A stretch of 64,000 nt of DNA. It comes from Camelus ferus. Its lineage: Eukaryota. Positions 38,695 through 50,100 of this stretch are shown here, one piece after another. Location: contig NC_045696.1 of the NCBI RefSeq assembly GCF_009834535.1, positions 80,044,001 through 80,108,000 on the forward strand, in the 5' to 3' direction. The position numbers were made by a program, and so were the translations under genes. How positions within the stretch are numbered: position 1 is the stretch's first letter; every line of letters starts with the position of its first letter. The notes under the pieces were generated by a model. The model worked only from the letters and a program-made list of their open reading frames with translations. It searched no databases and was not told the origin of the DNA.

Positions 38695-39386
38695 CTAAAA
38701 ACAAAATACATTCTTCTAAAACCAGCTTGACTTACATTCAATAATTTAGATGTATCAATTTACAAATCTACAGTAATTCTCAAGGTTTTAGCATAATCCA
38801 TTTACTGCAAATATTTTGCATTTGGTCCTGATATACTCATAAAAACTTCAGTTAAAAAAAATTGATGTGTCCTCAGTCATCGCATAAGTAACTTCTGACA
38901 AAGTTTAATCATGGGTAATCCTTATAAAACCCAAATCCCTGCTCTGTACATGAAACTTTATATATATTCAAGGGATTCTATAGTTTCATGAAATGTTAAG
39001 TAGTAATGAAATACAACAGCAAGGAATTATGAGATTGGAATGCAATTAATACTTAAAATGTAACCAAACATAAAATAAGAAAAAATATAGCACAACCCAA
39101 ACATCCAGACGCATTACGCTATTACCTAATAATTTTAGAATGTTTTTAATAATCAAAATTATTTCACAAAGTCCAACAATACCATAAGTGTCTTTCTATT
39201 TTCAGTTTTTTTTAATTTTTTTATATAACTTTGCTCTTGCTAGACTTTATCCCCTAAGCTAAACAAAGACTGGATTAATTTTTTATATATTATCTATGAA
39301 TTTTGAGCACATGGGTTTATCTTTATAACACATAACATAAATACGATTAATTTACATAATTAACGACTGAATTTCTAAACACTTAC

Positions 39387-39460
39387 TGTTCATTCCGCCT
39401 TTCCCAAGCTTTATAAATCCACTCTGGCTTCATAATTGGAGTACCCAAGCTCACAGCTAT
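39387..39460 (-). CDS. ECT2: ECT2 exon 8 (IAVSLGTPIMKPEWIYKAWERRNE)
   Basis: 74 nt, tag acceptor, GTAAGT donor, phase 0/2. Confidence 0.96.
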
Positions 39461-40407
39461 CTAAAAATATAAACATGAATCACGATAAATTTTTACCTTA
39501 AATAAATGCATCCATGGACATTAGAAGCAATTATACATACTTTTTTCCCCACAGTCTTAGATTATTATTCATCTGCTTTATAACAAAATATAAAGAACAA
39601 TTAACAGAAAAAGAATGGTCTTTCCATCATACAACCTGGGTTAAAATAACTTTGAAGTAAGTTTGATGATGCCCAAACCATTTCACTTTTTTTTTTTAAT
39701 AAACGCATCTCTGAAGCTGATTAAGTTCATTGTTATCATATTCTATTTCTCTTTGCGTTTACCTCCTTGGAAGTACTAACCCCTAAGACAGGACTAAGAG
39801 AAAACATAATTAAATCACTAAAACCTTAGATATGAATTTTAAGTATATTTTCCAGGAATTCAACATTATCCAAAAATTACCATTTGCTACATAAGGACAC
39901 TGATGGAGGGTGGGAACAAAGTGATAAACTCTTCCTAATATACTCAAGTGTAATTTTAAACTAAAATTTTAATCGTGATGAAAAGTACTTTCTCCTGTTC
40001 TTCGATAATTTTCACAAGTTAAATCCTAGAACTATTTTATAAGATCATAGTTCTCTTTTTATAAAGACCACTTATATAGGAGAAATATCTGCTCTCATCA
40101 CCTTCTGACCCCCTTATTCACCAATGCTCATACAGTAATCTTTGCTAATATTATTCATCTGCCTAAAATGCTATCCACCTACCAGCCTCCACAATCTTAC
40201 TCATCTTTCAATACCTAACTCAAGTTCCACTGCCTCCTAAGGGACCACACTCCTATGGTTTAAAATTTTTATTACATGTACATACAGCAAAAATTGAATT
40301 TCTGATCCTCAATAAACTGCAGAATAGATAGGTAAGAGCACTATTATTAAATCCATACCCCAGTAATGCTATATTGAAATAACACAAAAATACCAAAGTT
40401 TACATAC

Positions 40408-40515
40408 TCTGAATTTTTCTCCTTGTGTACAATTTGCCACCAAATGTGTAACTTTTGAATTAAAGTCTTTTCGAATAACTCCACCCATGTGATGAACCAA
40501 TGTCACCAATCTGAC
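40408..40515 (-). CDS. ECT2: ECT2 exon 7 (VRLVTLVHHMGGVIRKDFNSKVTHLVANCTQGEKFR), BRCT1
   Basis: 108 nt, ttttgag acceptor, GTATGT donor, phase 0/0. Confidence 0.96.
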
Positions 40516-41247
40516 CTCAAAAGAAAAAAGTAAACAACAGTGACTTTATGACTAACTTGAACAAAATTTTAAACTATGCTTACAATTCATTTAGCATTTA
40601 CTGAATACTTTCTATTTATAAGGTACTTACAAGAATTTTATAAAAATATAAACTTTATGCCAAAAAAAATTAAATATTCATTTCATTTACTGGCACAGAG
40701 AGATATGCCAGAAAAGATGATCACACAAAACTAAGTTAACAACTGGCTTTCATATGGCCTAAATATATTACTTTTTTAATACCAGGTTACATCACACCAA
40801 GATTCTTCCCACAAAATTACAAAAATACTCCATTAGCTCCAACATAAAAAATTTTATTGATTAAAGAAAGAAGTTTCTATGAAATTCTCTAGAGCACTGA
40901 GAATGCTTTAAGGCTGGGCCTGTATAATAAAAAACTGCGATGTATAAACAAAACCTTCAAATAACATGGCTGATATGATACTTAACAAAAAGACAGTTTA
41001 AACAGACTAGATAATCATGAAATAATTCTAATTCACATACCAGCCATCCTAGACAAAACATTTGTCTCTTTACAAGGTTCTTCAGAGTGTTTCTTCACAA
41101 AATTTAAGACCTGGTATATTCATAGTTATTTCTCCTTCAATATTTTTAAAATAAAACCATGATATAACTACCCAAAAAAAAAAGCTAATGTAAATTTATT
41201 TTGCTAGGAAAAAATATTCTTTGAATAGAATATTTTAAAATACTTAC

Positions 41248-41337
41248 TAGTTCTTCTTTCTTCCTGAATCCAGTAAAACATAGTACTAGATTCATCATGC
41301 TTGCACAATAGAGTGGGCGACATGCAAATGGCAAAGG
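41248..41337 (-). CDS. ECT2: ECT2 exon 6 (PLPFACRPLYCASMMNLVLCFTGFRKKEEL)
   Basis: 90 nt, cag acceptor, GTAAGT donor, phase 0/0. Confidence 0.96.
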
Positions 41338-42315
41338 CTGAAGGACACAACAATTTTAAACCTGTGAGATCTTTTTATAGTAAAAACAGAACACATCTTT
41401 CTCAAGCTAAACATATTTGCCCCTCTTGCCAACTTTCCCAATCCAAAGATATACTTGCATCTTTCAAAATGCAACAAAAAAAGTGAAAAACCAGTTTCAC
41501 AATAAAAAATTTCCCATGACTCCCAAATCGTATTTGATACACACAACCTAAACACACTTCACTATTGGCAAATAAAACATACTTATATCCAAACCTTTAG
41601 TCCCAGAATGTACTTAGACACATATAAAGTATTGTCTATAAGGAAAGACTTCCATACATTATTGTAAATGCTTAAAATTAAAAGAGATCGAAGATATTTT
41701 CTAATAAATACGAATAATACATATACGGAACCAAATAAGATTCCAATTTGTGAGCTAAAAAAATGGAGATAGTCAGTAAATAATTTTACAAATGGTTTTA
41801 TCTGTCTACACATATATGAAAGAGAATTGTTAAAAAATATAGTAGATATATATTTAACTCCAACTATTATGCAAGAATATTCTTTTTCATAATTTTGGCC
41901 TATAAAAAGTTTATTTGGTTTTTGAAAGCAACACTTCTGAATCAGAACAGAAAATTAAAGATTATCATGTGCTCATTACTAGTATCTATAACAAAAGAAG
42001 CACAACAATCCAAGCAATTTTAAGTTAATAAAGCAAGCTTAAGAATGTCAAAACAAAGTAATGAAACCAAAGAACAGGGATTAACTCTACTACAACTCTT
42101 ACATTGAAATGCTATTTAAAAACAAAAAGCTGAAATAATTTCTCTAATTTTAAATTATGCAGTAACTGATAAAAGTGGAATTGTGATATCTGCTGTGTGG
42201 AAGAAAATTAAAGTTTATGTATGTACACTCTCAATAGTTAACAGGATTTTTCTGCATAAAAATTCATTACAAATTTAACCTTGAAAAGTCATAATAAGCA
42301 TATCTTCTTTCTTAC

Positions 42316-42498
42316 CTCTCCTTTCTGGGCACAGTTTAATACTACTGGTGGTCCAATAACTCTACAATCAGTCTTGTATAACTCATTAAAGACAGAATCC
42401 TCGAAGTCCATGACTATGAATACATTTTCAAATTCTGGAGAATCCAAACTTTTAAATTCTTCAATTGATTCCATCTTTACAAATGGCACTTTAATTTC
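42316..42498 (-). CDS. ECT2: ECT2 exon 5 (EIKVPFVKMESIEEFKSLDSPEFENVFIVMDFEDSVFNELYKTDCRVIGPPVVLNCAQKGE), BRCT0
   Basis: 183 nt, atypical aag acceptor, GTAAG donor, phase 0/0. Confidence 0.94.
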
Positions 42499-43225
42499 CT
42501 TGTTTTTTTTCATAGTTATAAGAAATAAAATTTACATTATAAAATTATGTATCTCTCTAAATAAGACCTAAAAATCAATTCAGTATCAACATTCTCATTT
42601 TTATATTTGTAGAAACTTAAGTTTTAAATCATACAATGAGCACTGTACTTAATAGTGAAGCCATATTTCTTTACTTATTTGTTTTCATATAAATGTATCT
42701 CCAACCACATCAAGATCTTAAATTCTGAAGATGATTATTTTAAAGACATAAGTTTTGACATGACTTGGTAGTCATTATAAATCATCTAGTATGCATATAA
42801 AGTAAGAATGATGAATTGTTTAAGTACACCAATTTTAATAGACTACATTAGAAAGATAACCAGAATGTACTTTGGCTTTTTATTCTGACCAAGAAAATGA
42901 TGCCATACATATGGTTCTTCCTGCACAAATTATCTTCAGAAAAATAGAAAAAATACTATGGCATGTAACATCCACAAAAAGGATGGAGTTAATCATTTCA
43001 CTAGATATGAGGGAAATAAGAGAAAGATACAAAATATGTAGGCAGATGCAGCATGGCAAACAGGATATAAAAAGGCAAGTTACTGTTTAACACTTTGTAC
43101 TGTCCATATACAAAACAGAATGAAGATATTTAAATATTTATGACTCTTGCATAAAAAGAAAAGAACAATTTAAAAGAAAAGTCAAATAGGTCAGTAAATT
43201 ATTTGGGTTTTATCTACTAGGCTAA

Positions 43226-43633
43226 TGTGGAGGGCTGAATTGTGTATCCCCAAAATTCACGTTGAAGTCGTTAACGTCCCTGTACCTCAGAATGTGACTA
43301 CATTTGGAGATAGGGCCTCTCAAGAGGTAAAGTTAAATGAGGTCACATGGGCAGACCCTAATCCAATCTGACTGGTGTCCTTTTAAGAGCAGAAAATTTG
43401 GATACACAGAAGAGCACCAGAGACATGCATGCACAGAAGATGGGTCATGTGAAGATACAGCAAGAAGGTGGCAGACATCTCCAAGTCAGTGAAGGAGGCC
43501 TCAAGAGAAGTTTAACAGGCTGACACCTTGGTCTTGGGCTTTAGCCTCCAGGAAAGTGAGAAAATATATTTCTGTTGTTAAGCCAGTCAGTCCGTAGTAT
43601 TTTCTTATGGCAGCCCTCTCACAAGTTAATAAA
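43226..43633 (+). mobile_element. MLT1-type (ERVL-MaLR) solo LTR
   Basis: tgtggagggctgaattgtgtatccccaaaattca...ccctaatccaatctgactggtgtcctt...tatggcagccct; 5-bp flanks gctaa / gctga. Confidence 0.88.
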
Positions 43634-44045
43634 GCTGATATAGAGAATTAGATATATTTTATATGCTGACAAATTCTCTCATGACTCAATTATTGTGATT
43701 TGTAATTCTGAAAATAAAGCAAGAATTTAGAATAAATATATTGAGAAAAAAGAAACTAAAGAGTTTCAAGAAAAGTACCAGATCTCCCTAAACACATAGA
43801 ATGTCACTTAAATTTAACAATGCCAAATTACTTTACAAGGATTTCATTACTTATAATATATTACAGTTTGGGGTTTCAGAAACACCCAGATTTTAAAAAT
43901 AAATATAAAATAGTTTCTATTGATCTAGTTTCAAAGTGCTCAAAGTATACCTTGTACATAATTTAGGTCCAATCACCACAAGTGGAATATATGAATAAAT
44001 CAAAGGAAGTGCAGCATGCCACATGCAATGAAATGCTTGACCTAC

Positions 44046-44138
44046 CATATTAACAATACTTTTTATTAATTTTTCATCCGATTTTCCAGGACAACTTTCT
44101 TTTATCTTTATAACAGGGACTTCCATTATTTTAATAGT
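44046..44138 (-). CDS. ECT2: ECT2 exon 4, 93-nt symmetric cassette exon (TIKIMEVPVIKIKESCPGKSDEKLIKSIVNM)
   Basis: cag acceptor, GTAGG donor, phase 0/0; matches the 31-aa segment distinguishing the long and short human isoforms (recalled). Confidence 0.93.
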
Positions 44139-44248
44139 CTGTGGAAAAGAGACTTAGGTGTGAGATTAAGAACACTATAAAATTATTTACACACTGATGG
44201 AAGAAAAATAGCCTTTTTAAAGAAAAACTCAAAACTAAAACTCCATAC

Positions 44249-44328
44249 CTTTAAGGCTTTTATAAGTTCTTCCTGTTTTCCAGCTTCTTGAACCAATATC
44301 ACTCTTGTTTCAACCTGAGGCATTTCTT
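44249..44328 (-). CDS. ECT2: ECT2 exon 3 (EMPQVETRVILVQEAGKQEELIKALK)
   Basis: 80 nt, tag acceptor, GTATG donor, phase 1/0. Confidence 0.96.
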
Positions 44329-44954
44329 CTATTAAAATTAAAAATGTTAAATAAAACATTTTTATTAGTCACGAACACCAAAATCAGCAGTTCTTAACCC
44401 CTTTTCTGGCTATATCTGGAATGTTTTCCATCTTTGAGATATAACATTCCCTGAAATTAAAATGACTTAATTCCAAGCTTATTTTTAAAATTTGACCATG
44501 TATCATTTTAGAAGAGAAAACGCACTGTAGCAAAGTATACAAGCATCAGCACTCCTCCTAACCAAAGAAAGCATTCACCATCTTGCGTAGTCACCCTCCT
44601 CAACAGGGCATGGAACTTTAGGAAAGATCCATTTCCACAGTAGGAAGGGAAGAAGTAGCTCTTCACCCGACCAGTCATAACTGAACATATTCTAGCTAGC
44701 AGTGTCGCAGCTGGATGGCCCTCACATACAGAAAAGCAATATCCAACAACAAGATACCTTCCCCTCTAAAGCTGGGAAGCATTTATCCAAACAATAATAA
44801 AAAATCTAGTGTAAAGAGTTTCTGTTAACAAATGTTTACTCAGTACCTGTACTCTAGCTGAACAGTATTACAGTTAAATCATAAGAAAGTCACTAATCAG
44901 AAAGTTTAGGATTAAAATAGTGACTTGGTATTTTAAAGCAGATAACATGTTTAC

Positions 44955-45084
44955 CTTCAACATAGGAAGTAGATCCAATAAATAAGTCTTCCTTAGAAGT
45001 TTCAGTAACTTTAGAATCAAAAACGGAAGAGTCCGCCAAGCTTGTCCTCCCAGTAGTGGATGTTAATACACTGTTATCAGCCAT
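44955..45084 (-). CDS. ECT2: ECT2 exon 2 coding part with start codon (MADNSVLTSTTGRTSLADSSVFDSKVTETSKEDLFIGSTSYVE); the exon begins at 45106
   Basis: ATG at 45084-45082 in ACAATGG context, ttttctcag acceptor (AG 45107-45108), GTAAA donor. Confidence 0.96.
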
Positions 45085-45239
45085 TGTTCGTACTCCTCTA
45101 TGATGGCTGAGAAAATAAAATGTGAATAAAGACATATGAAACCAACATAGTCGTTGGGCAAAAACAAGCATTATACCTAGAATTTATCAAAAGTATCATT
45201 ACCCATTTTTCTTAATCCCGAACTTAATTCAACTTCTCT

Positions 45240-45400
45240 GAGGTAATTAAGTAAGGTAATTAAGTCACACAACTTCTCTGAGCCTCAGCTTCCTCTTCTG
45301 TAAAGATACTATACTTGACTCATAGGGATATAGTAAAAATAATGCTTTATTGAAAGTACCCAGAATATTACCTAACACTCAAAAACTACTCAAAAGGTAC
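45240..45400 (+). mobile_element. MIR SINE
   Basis: aagtcacacaacttctctgagcctcagcttcctcttctgtaaag MIR core. Confidence 0.65.
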
Positions 45401-47479
45401 TCTAAATACTATTTACCTCCCTCCTCCACATCTTTGCCCTCAATCAACCTACTTCTCTTCCTATATTCATTTATAATACTTCCATCACCCCTCCCCCAAA
45501 TAACCCCAGTCAAAAACTGGATCCATCCTCTTTCCTTTACCTCATTTGCTGTCCCAAAATTCCTATCAATCCCTCAAGCATCTCTGTATCTCTGGGTCCT
45601 GGCCCACTTTCGTATGGCCAATGCCACAGTGGCCCCTTGGTCAAATACAACAGTTCCAAATAAGTTTCGCTAACACCAGTTTCTTCAGAGATCACTCTCC
45701 ACATAATTTTCAGGGTATGGTTCTAAAAACAAACGTTACCATATTATTTCCCTGCTTAGAACTTCCACAACCACTGCTCCCTATACAATCAAGTTCAAGT
45801 TTACCATCCAGTCTACACGCTGGTCCTAACATACCTATTTAGCTTCATCTTCTATAATTCCCCCAGTCCACATATACTGTATGCACCAGCCAGAATGCAT
45901 TTCTCAGGATTTTTCAAACACAGATCACAATTTACTCCGCATGTACTTGCATTCAATAGTGCTTAATTCTCCACCTAGTGTATCTTTCATCTGACCCATC
46001 ACTCTCGATTTATCCTCTGTGGATTTCTCCAAACCTCTCAAGTATATCTGGACTGTTCCCTTATCTGTATTTTCATATTACTTTTCAAATGTTTCTCCTC
46101 TAAAAGATTTCATGAGACAATGAACAAGTGTCAATATGACTCTGGACTATGAAAGAAAATCGTGTTTGTTTTTAAATTTCCAGGACTTTAAGCAAGGAAT
46201 AAAGAAAAAGTTGAATAGATTTTTATCAGTTCAAACTGGGGTTTTCATGTAAGATTATCTTGAAATAAATTTTCAGAATATTGGGCAAATATAAAGAAGA
46301 AGCCCCACCTTAACTGGAGGTACATGCCTGATCTAATTTACCCTTTCCTACTTTTTCAGATTAAAAAAATATACAAGTAACTTCCATCAGGTTTCTAGCA
46401 AAGTAATAGTTTAAGTATAATCAGCATCATTTCTGCATGGTGATACCAAATAGTGTGAAGATGTACAAACTAAAAATAACAGACCTAAGCCTAATTATTA
46501 GGTGCACAAAGTCAAGAAACTGAGCTTCCTGTCTCAGTTCTGCACTTAGTAGGTTAAGTCTCAGTTTCCACATCAGTAAAAGAGATAATGGCACAACTCA
46601 GATCCTACTGTGATGAAAACTGAATAGATGATATCTTAAAATGAGTGACAATGATTAATTCTCATATAATATTCACAATGTGGACATTTCTTACTCTCTT
46701 ACCATACATCCATGTCAATCATTATTCTAAGGCTCTCCAAGGGAGTGCTCCAATAGTTGTCAATAAAAGCCTTCATTTAGAAGCAATAATAAATAATATC
46801 AGCGCCCCCCTCCCCCTTTTTCTTTTTGCTGTTTACTTCACTTACACTGAACTGTTTACATCCAAAAAGAAAGGCTCTAAACTGGCTTTCACTTAAAGTC
46901 CCTTTAAAAAAATGTTAAAAAAGAAAATTAAGGGATGAATTAACCTGCTTTAAGGAATAGAGGAGGAGGGAGACTTCAATAAATAAAAATATCATATGAG
47001 GTTGCATTTTTCACCTATGCCTGTATTTAAAGACCATCAAAACAGGTAAGTGATTAAAAATTAAAATTGTCTCTGATGATACTGTATATGGTCAATTTAT
47101 TGTCAAAACAGCTTTAAAATTTAACACAAAAAGAGCTGCATGGTAAACTAATGACATAACAATCTGACTACAAACTGAAATACACTAATCACTTTTTCAC
47201 ATTCATGTATTCTGCACTTTTAAAATAAACACAGTAGGATCAGTGTTCACAAATCCATACAGATCATTTCTCATTTGAGAACATACTCAAGGACTTCTGA
47301 CTAAATACACTAAAACACATGCTTCTTTTCATCACAAAGGTAAATTCTACTATTTAAACAAATATTCACTTTAAGTTTCCTTTTGCTTATTTTTTTAAGC
47401 AATCATCTTTCAGGGTGGAGGAGCTAAATGCCATTCTGAATATGCTGGTGTTACTGACAGTAACATTAGTATTACCATT

Positions 47480-47735
47480 ATATAACACTGCGATTAATAA
47501 ATAACACTTATTTAACGCTTAATACGTGGCATTGTTCTAAAACTTTAGACATTGTTCTGAACCTTTTACTTTTATTTACTTATCTTTGCAACAATCCTAA
47601 GAAGCAAGTAGTAGTAGTAGATCCATTTTACAGCTAAAGTCTAGAGCAGAGAGATTAACACCCCCCAAGCCATACTGTTTGTGGCAAAACAAGGCTTCAA
47701 ACCCAGGCTGATTCCAAAGGCTGCACTTTTAATCA
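47480..47735 (-). mobile_element. MIR SINE
   Basis: taacacttatttaacgcttaatacgtggcattgttctaa...caacaatcctaagaag...ccattttacag...ggcttcaaacccaggc. Confidence 0.65.
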
Positions 47736-48239
47736 CTAAGACGTACAAATTTGTACGCGGGATGGGGTGCCGGAAGGGGCTGGCTTTTTTTTTTTTTTTT
47801 TTTTTTACGTAAATACCAAAAACTGAACTTCTCACAGAGAAGACGGCAAGAAGAATCCAAGAGTGAAACCACTAAGTAATCTGAGATAAACCCCCAAGGG
47901 CCGCAGCCGCCGGCCGCCACTGCAGCATGCCAAGACCCCCCCGCCCCTTCCCAAAAACTACCCCCTTGGCCCAGAAACTTTCGGGAAAAAATATCCAACC
48001 CGGTGGGCGGCGACGATGCACTGCAACCTGGTGGACTTCGGGCCCCCACTCCGCGTCCCGGCCCCTCTGCTGGGATGGCGGCGGGGCGGTTCCCTGAGCC
48101 GGGAAGCCGGGGCTGGGCGCTCGGGAATTCGCGATCACCGGGGCGGGGCCGTGGTACCCACGCAGAGCGGCCCACTGCTCCGAAGATGCCGGCCCGCTCC
48201 CACCTCCGCCACCCACACCTATGCCCACTGAGCCCTCAC

Positions 48240-48345
48240 CCCTCTCAAAAGACGCCCTGGAAGTTCCACCTTTTCAAGCACCGGTCTTCCTCACCGTTAC
48301 CGCCATTCCTTGCCAGCGGCGGCCACGGCCAATTCAAAAACTGAG
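48240..48345 (-). other. ECT2: ECT2 non-coding exon 1 (5' end approximate)
   Basis: tttttgaattggccgtggccgcc...ggaatggcgg...ggtggaacttccagggcgtcttttgagaggg|GTGAG resembles the recalled human ECT2 5' UTR; donor at 48239. Confidence 0.8.
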
Positions 48346-48520
48346 TCGCTCTCTCTAAAAGCCATGCCGATTGGCGCGTGATGTCAACCTCCTTCCCATA
48401 GGCTGGAGTCTCCAGAGGGGCGGTGATTGGCCGCTGCTCTCCGCCCACCTCCCCGTAGGCGCCGACTGATTGGTTGTGCGTGTGTTTCAAATAAACCCAA
48501 CGGTTCCGACGTCGGAACGT
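48333..48520 (-). promoter_or_regulatory. Cell-cycle promoter elements: CHR (TTTGAA) x2, CCAAT x3, E2F-like site, GC box, MYB-like site
   Basis: TTTGAA (minus) at 48333-48338 and 48486-48491; CCAAT (minus) at 48370-48374, 48426-48430 and 48469-48473; TTGGCGCG 48371-48378; GGGCGG 48441-48446; CAACGG 48498-48503. Confidence 0.75.
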
Positions 48521-49879
48521 CACGAGTTTGTAGAGAAGTGCCCGGATGTGGCCAGAAGGTGGCGATAGTGGCCCCTGGCCGCTTCTGGGAGTAGCAGGTG
48601 TATGTGTGGCTACAGCTTGTTTACTCGGTAAACATCCCGTTTCCTGAGGGACGTTTGAGTGGATTCTCCGTCCCCTCAAGTTTTTGTTTTTTCTTTATGC
48701 ACCACCAAATCATTTAAACTTTATCAGTCCCTTGATAGATGACTTATTCGCCATTGTTTCCTGTGAGCTGCAAGGTTTTTCTGCCTGTATGCTTTCTGCT
48801 TCAGAAATTTTAAGTTCGGTTAAAAGGTTTGCGGCCTAGCAGAGGTTGCCTTGGGCGTGGCAGGGCCAAGACACGGGAACTCGGGACTTTCCAGGTGTAC
48901 CTCAGGTCAGCAGCTGCTTGTTTAAATCCTGATGTATGTACGGCACTGTGCTCTGGTCTAGGGAATTAAACGGGTGACTAGAATAAATTCTTAGTGTTTC
49001 TCCGACTTTTTAAAAAAAAAAAATAATAAGCTTGCACTTGAACAAATGTAAAAAGATGTCATGAGATTCTAGAATCTCCTGGAGCCAAGGTAAATTGCTT
49101 CCTGCTGCCCTCTCTGCATCCCCCACCCTGAGATCTTTTGCTGCTTTCCTCTGAAGACTAGCCAAGAATTTATCGTTTTTCCTGTAATTACTGTAGTGAA
49201 AATCTTTTATTTTCTTTGTTTTCTAAATGTGATGCCAGTAACACAATCTCTTCAAAACACTCCTCCCGAAGGTGAATTTTGCATAGTCCCCTACCTAATC
49301 GCTGATTTAAATGAAGGAAGAAAGGAGAATTCGTTGCTGGAAACTCATAGTTCAATAAGAGGAGGAAAACTTGTATTTTACAATGGAACACTTCTGAAGG
49401 TCTCAAAGAGATCATCAGGATTTAGAATTTTTCTTAATTTTGCCAGGCCACCTTAGAAAGCCTGAAAAGTTTGTAATGCATTCCACAAAATCAGTGAAAT
49501 AGTGTGGTAATTATCGGTTTCCTGGTTCATAACTGAAGAACATTTATAGTATGCCCTTAATTTAAATGCCATGATAACTGTTAGAGCAAAGAAAAGAAAA
49601 ACAGTAATTGAAATTTCACTTTGGAATGTGGTTGCATGTTTAAACTAGGGTGTGCCCAGCATTCCAAAAAGTCTCATTACTGAAATTATATTAAGTTAGT
49701 GAAGGAAACAAAGTATTTCCTCTCTGCATTGCTTCCTGTTAGGCTTTGAACCCAAATCTCATGATTGCCTATATGGTATTGCTACACAAATCATATGCTA
49801 GCCTAATGAAAGCTATACCTGATTCCTTTTAAGGGATATGTAGCAGTTTGACTAGCAAATAAACAGGCAATATAGTCAT

Positions 49880-50100
49880 GTTACATTTCCTAATCATACA
49901 ACCTCCTTTTCCATTTCCTAGCCCTGTAACCTCAAGTACTTTATTTAACTTCTTTGTGCCTCAGTTTATCTTTTTATAAAAGGGCATGATGGTAGTTACC
50001 CCATAGTGTTGGTGTGAGGATTAGAAGTTAATATATGTAATTAAAACATATTCTGGCATATAATAAGCACTCAGTACATGTTAGCTGTTAGTATTATTAC
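49880..50100 (+). mobile_element. MIR SINE
   Basis: ttatttaacttctttgtgcctcagtttatc...gttggtgtgaggatta...taagcactcagtacatgttagct. Confidence 0.7.

Larger units (their letters stand above)
623..48345 (-). other. ECT2: ECT2 gene span (exons 1-23; 3' exons lie outside the window to the left)
   Basis: 22 coding exons with splice sites and consistent phases join into a 2508-nt ORF matching the recalled ECT2 protein (MADNSVLTSTTGRTSLADSS...RAIKKTSKK). The TSS position is approximate. Confidence 0.98.
47740..48680. promoter_or_regulatory. CpG island spanning the ECT2 promoter, exon 1 and the start of intron 1
   Basis: Abrupt GC- and CpG-rich segment within otherwise CpG-depleted, AT-rich sequence. 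Confidence 0.92.

Noticed and set aside
42499..44248. U12-type intron to explain the weak exon 5 acceptor
   Set aside because: The upstream donors (GTAGGT, GTATGG) do not match GTATCCTT, and there is no TCCTTAAC branch site.
47729..48679. Long ORFs (113-148 aa) on both strands of the CpG island
   Set aside because: Pro/Gly/Arg-rich with no recognisable homology; expected from stop-codon depletion in GC-rich promoter DNA.
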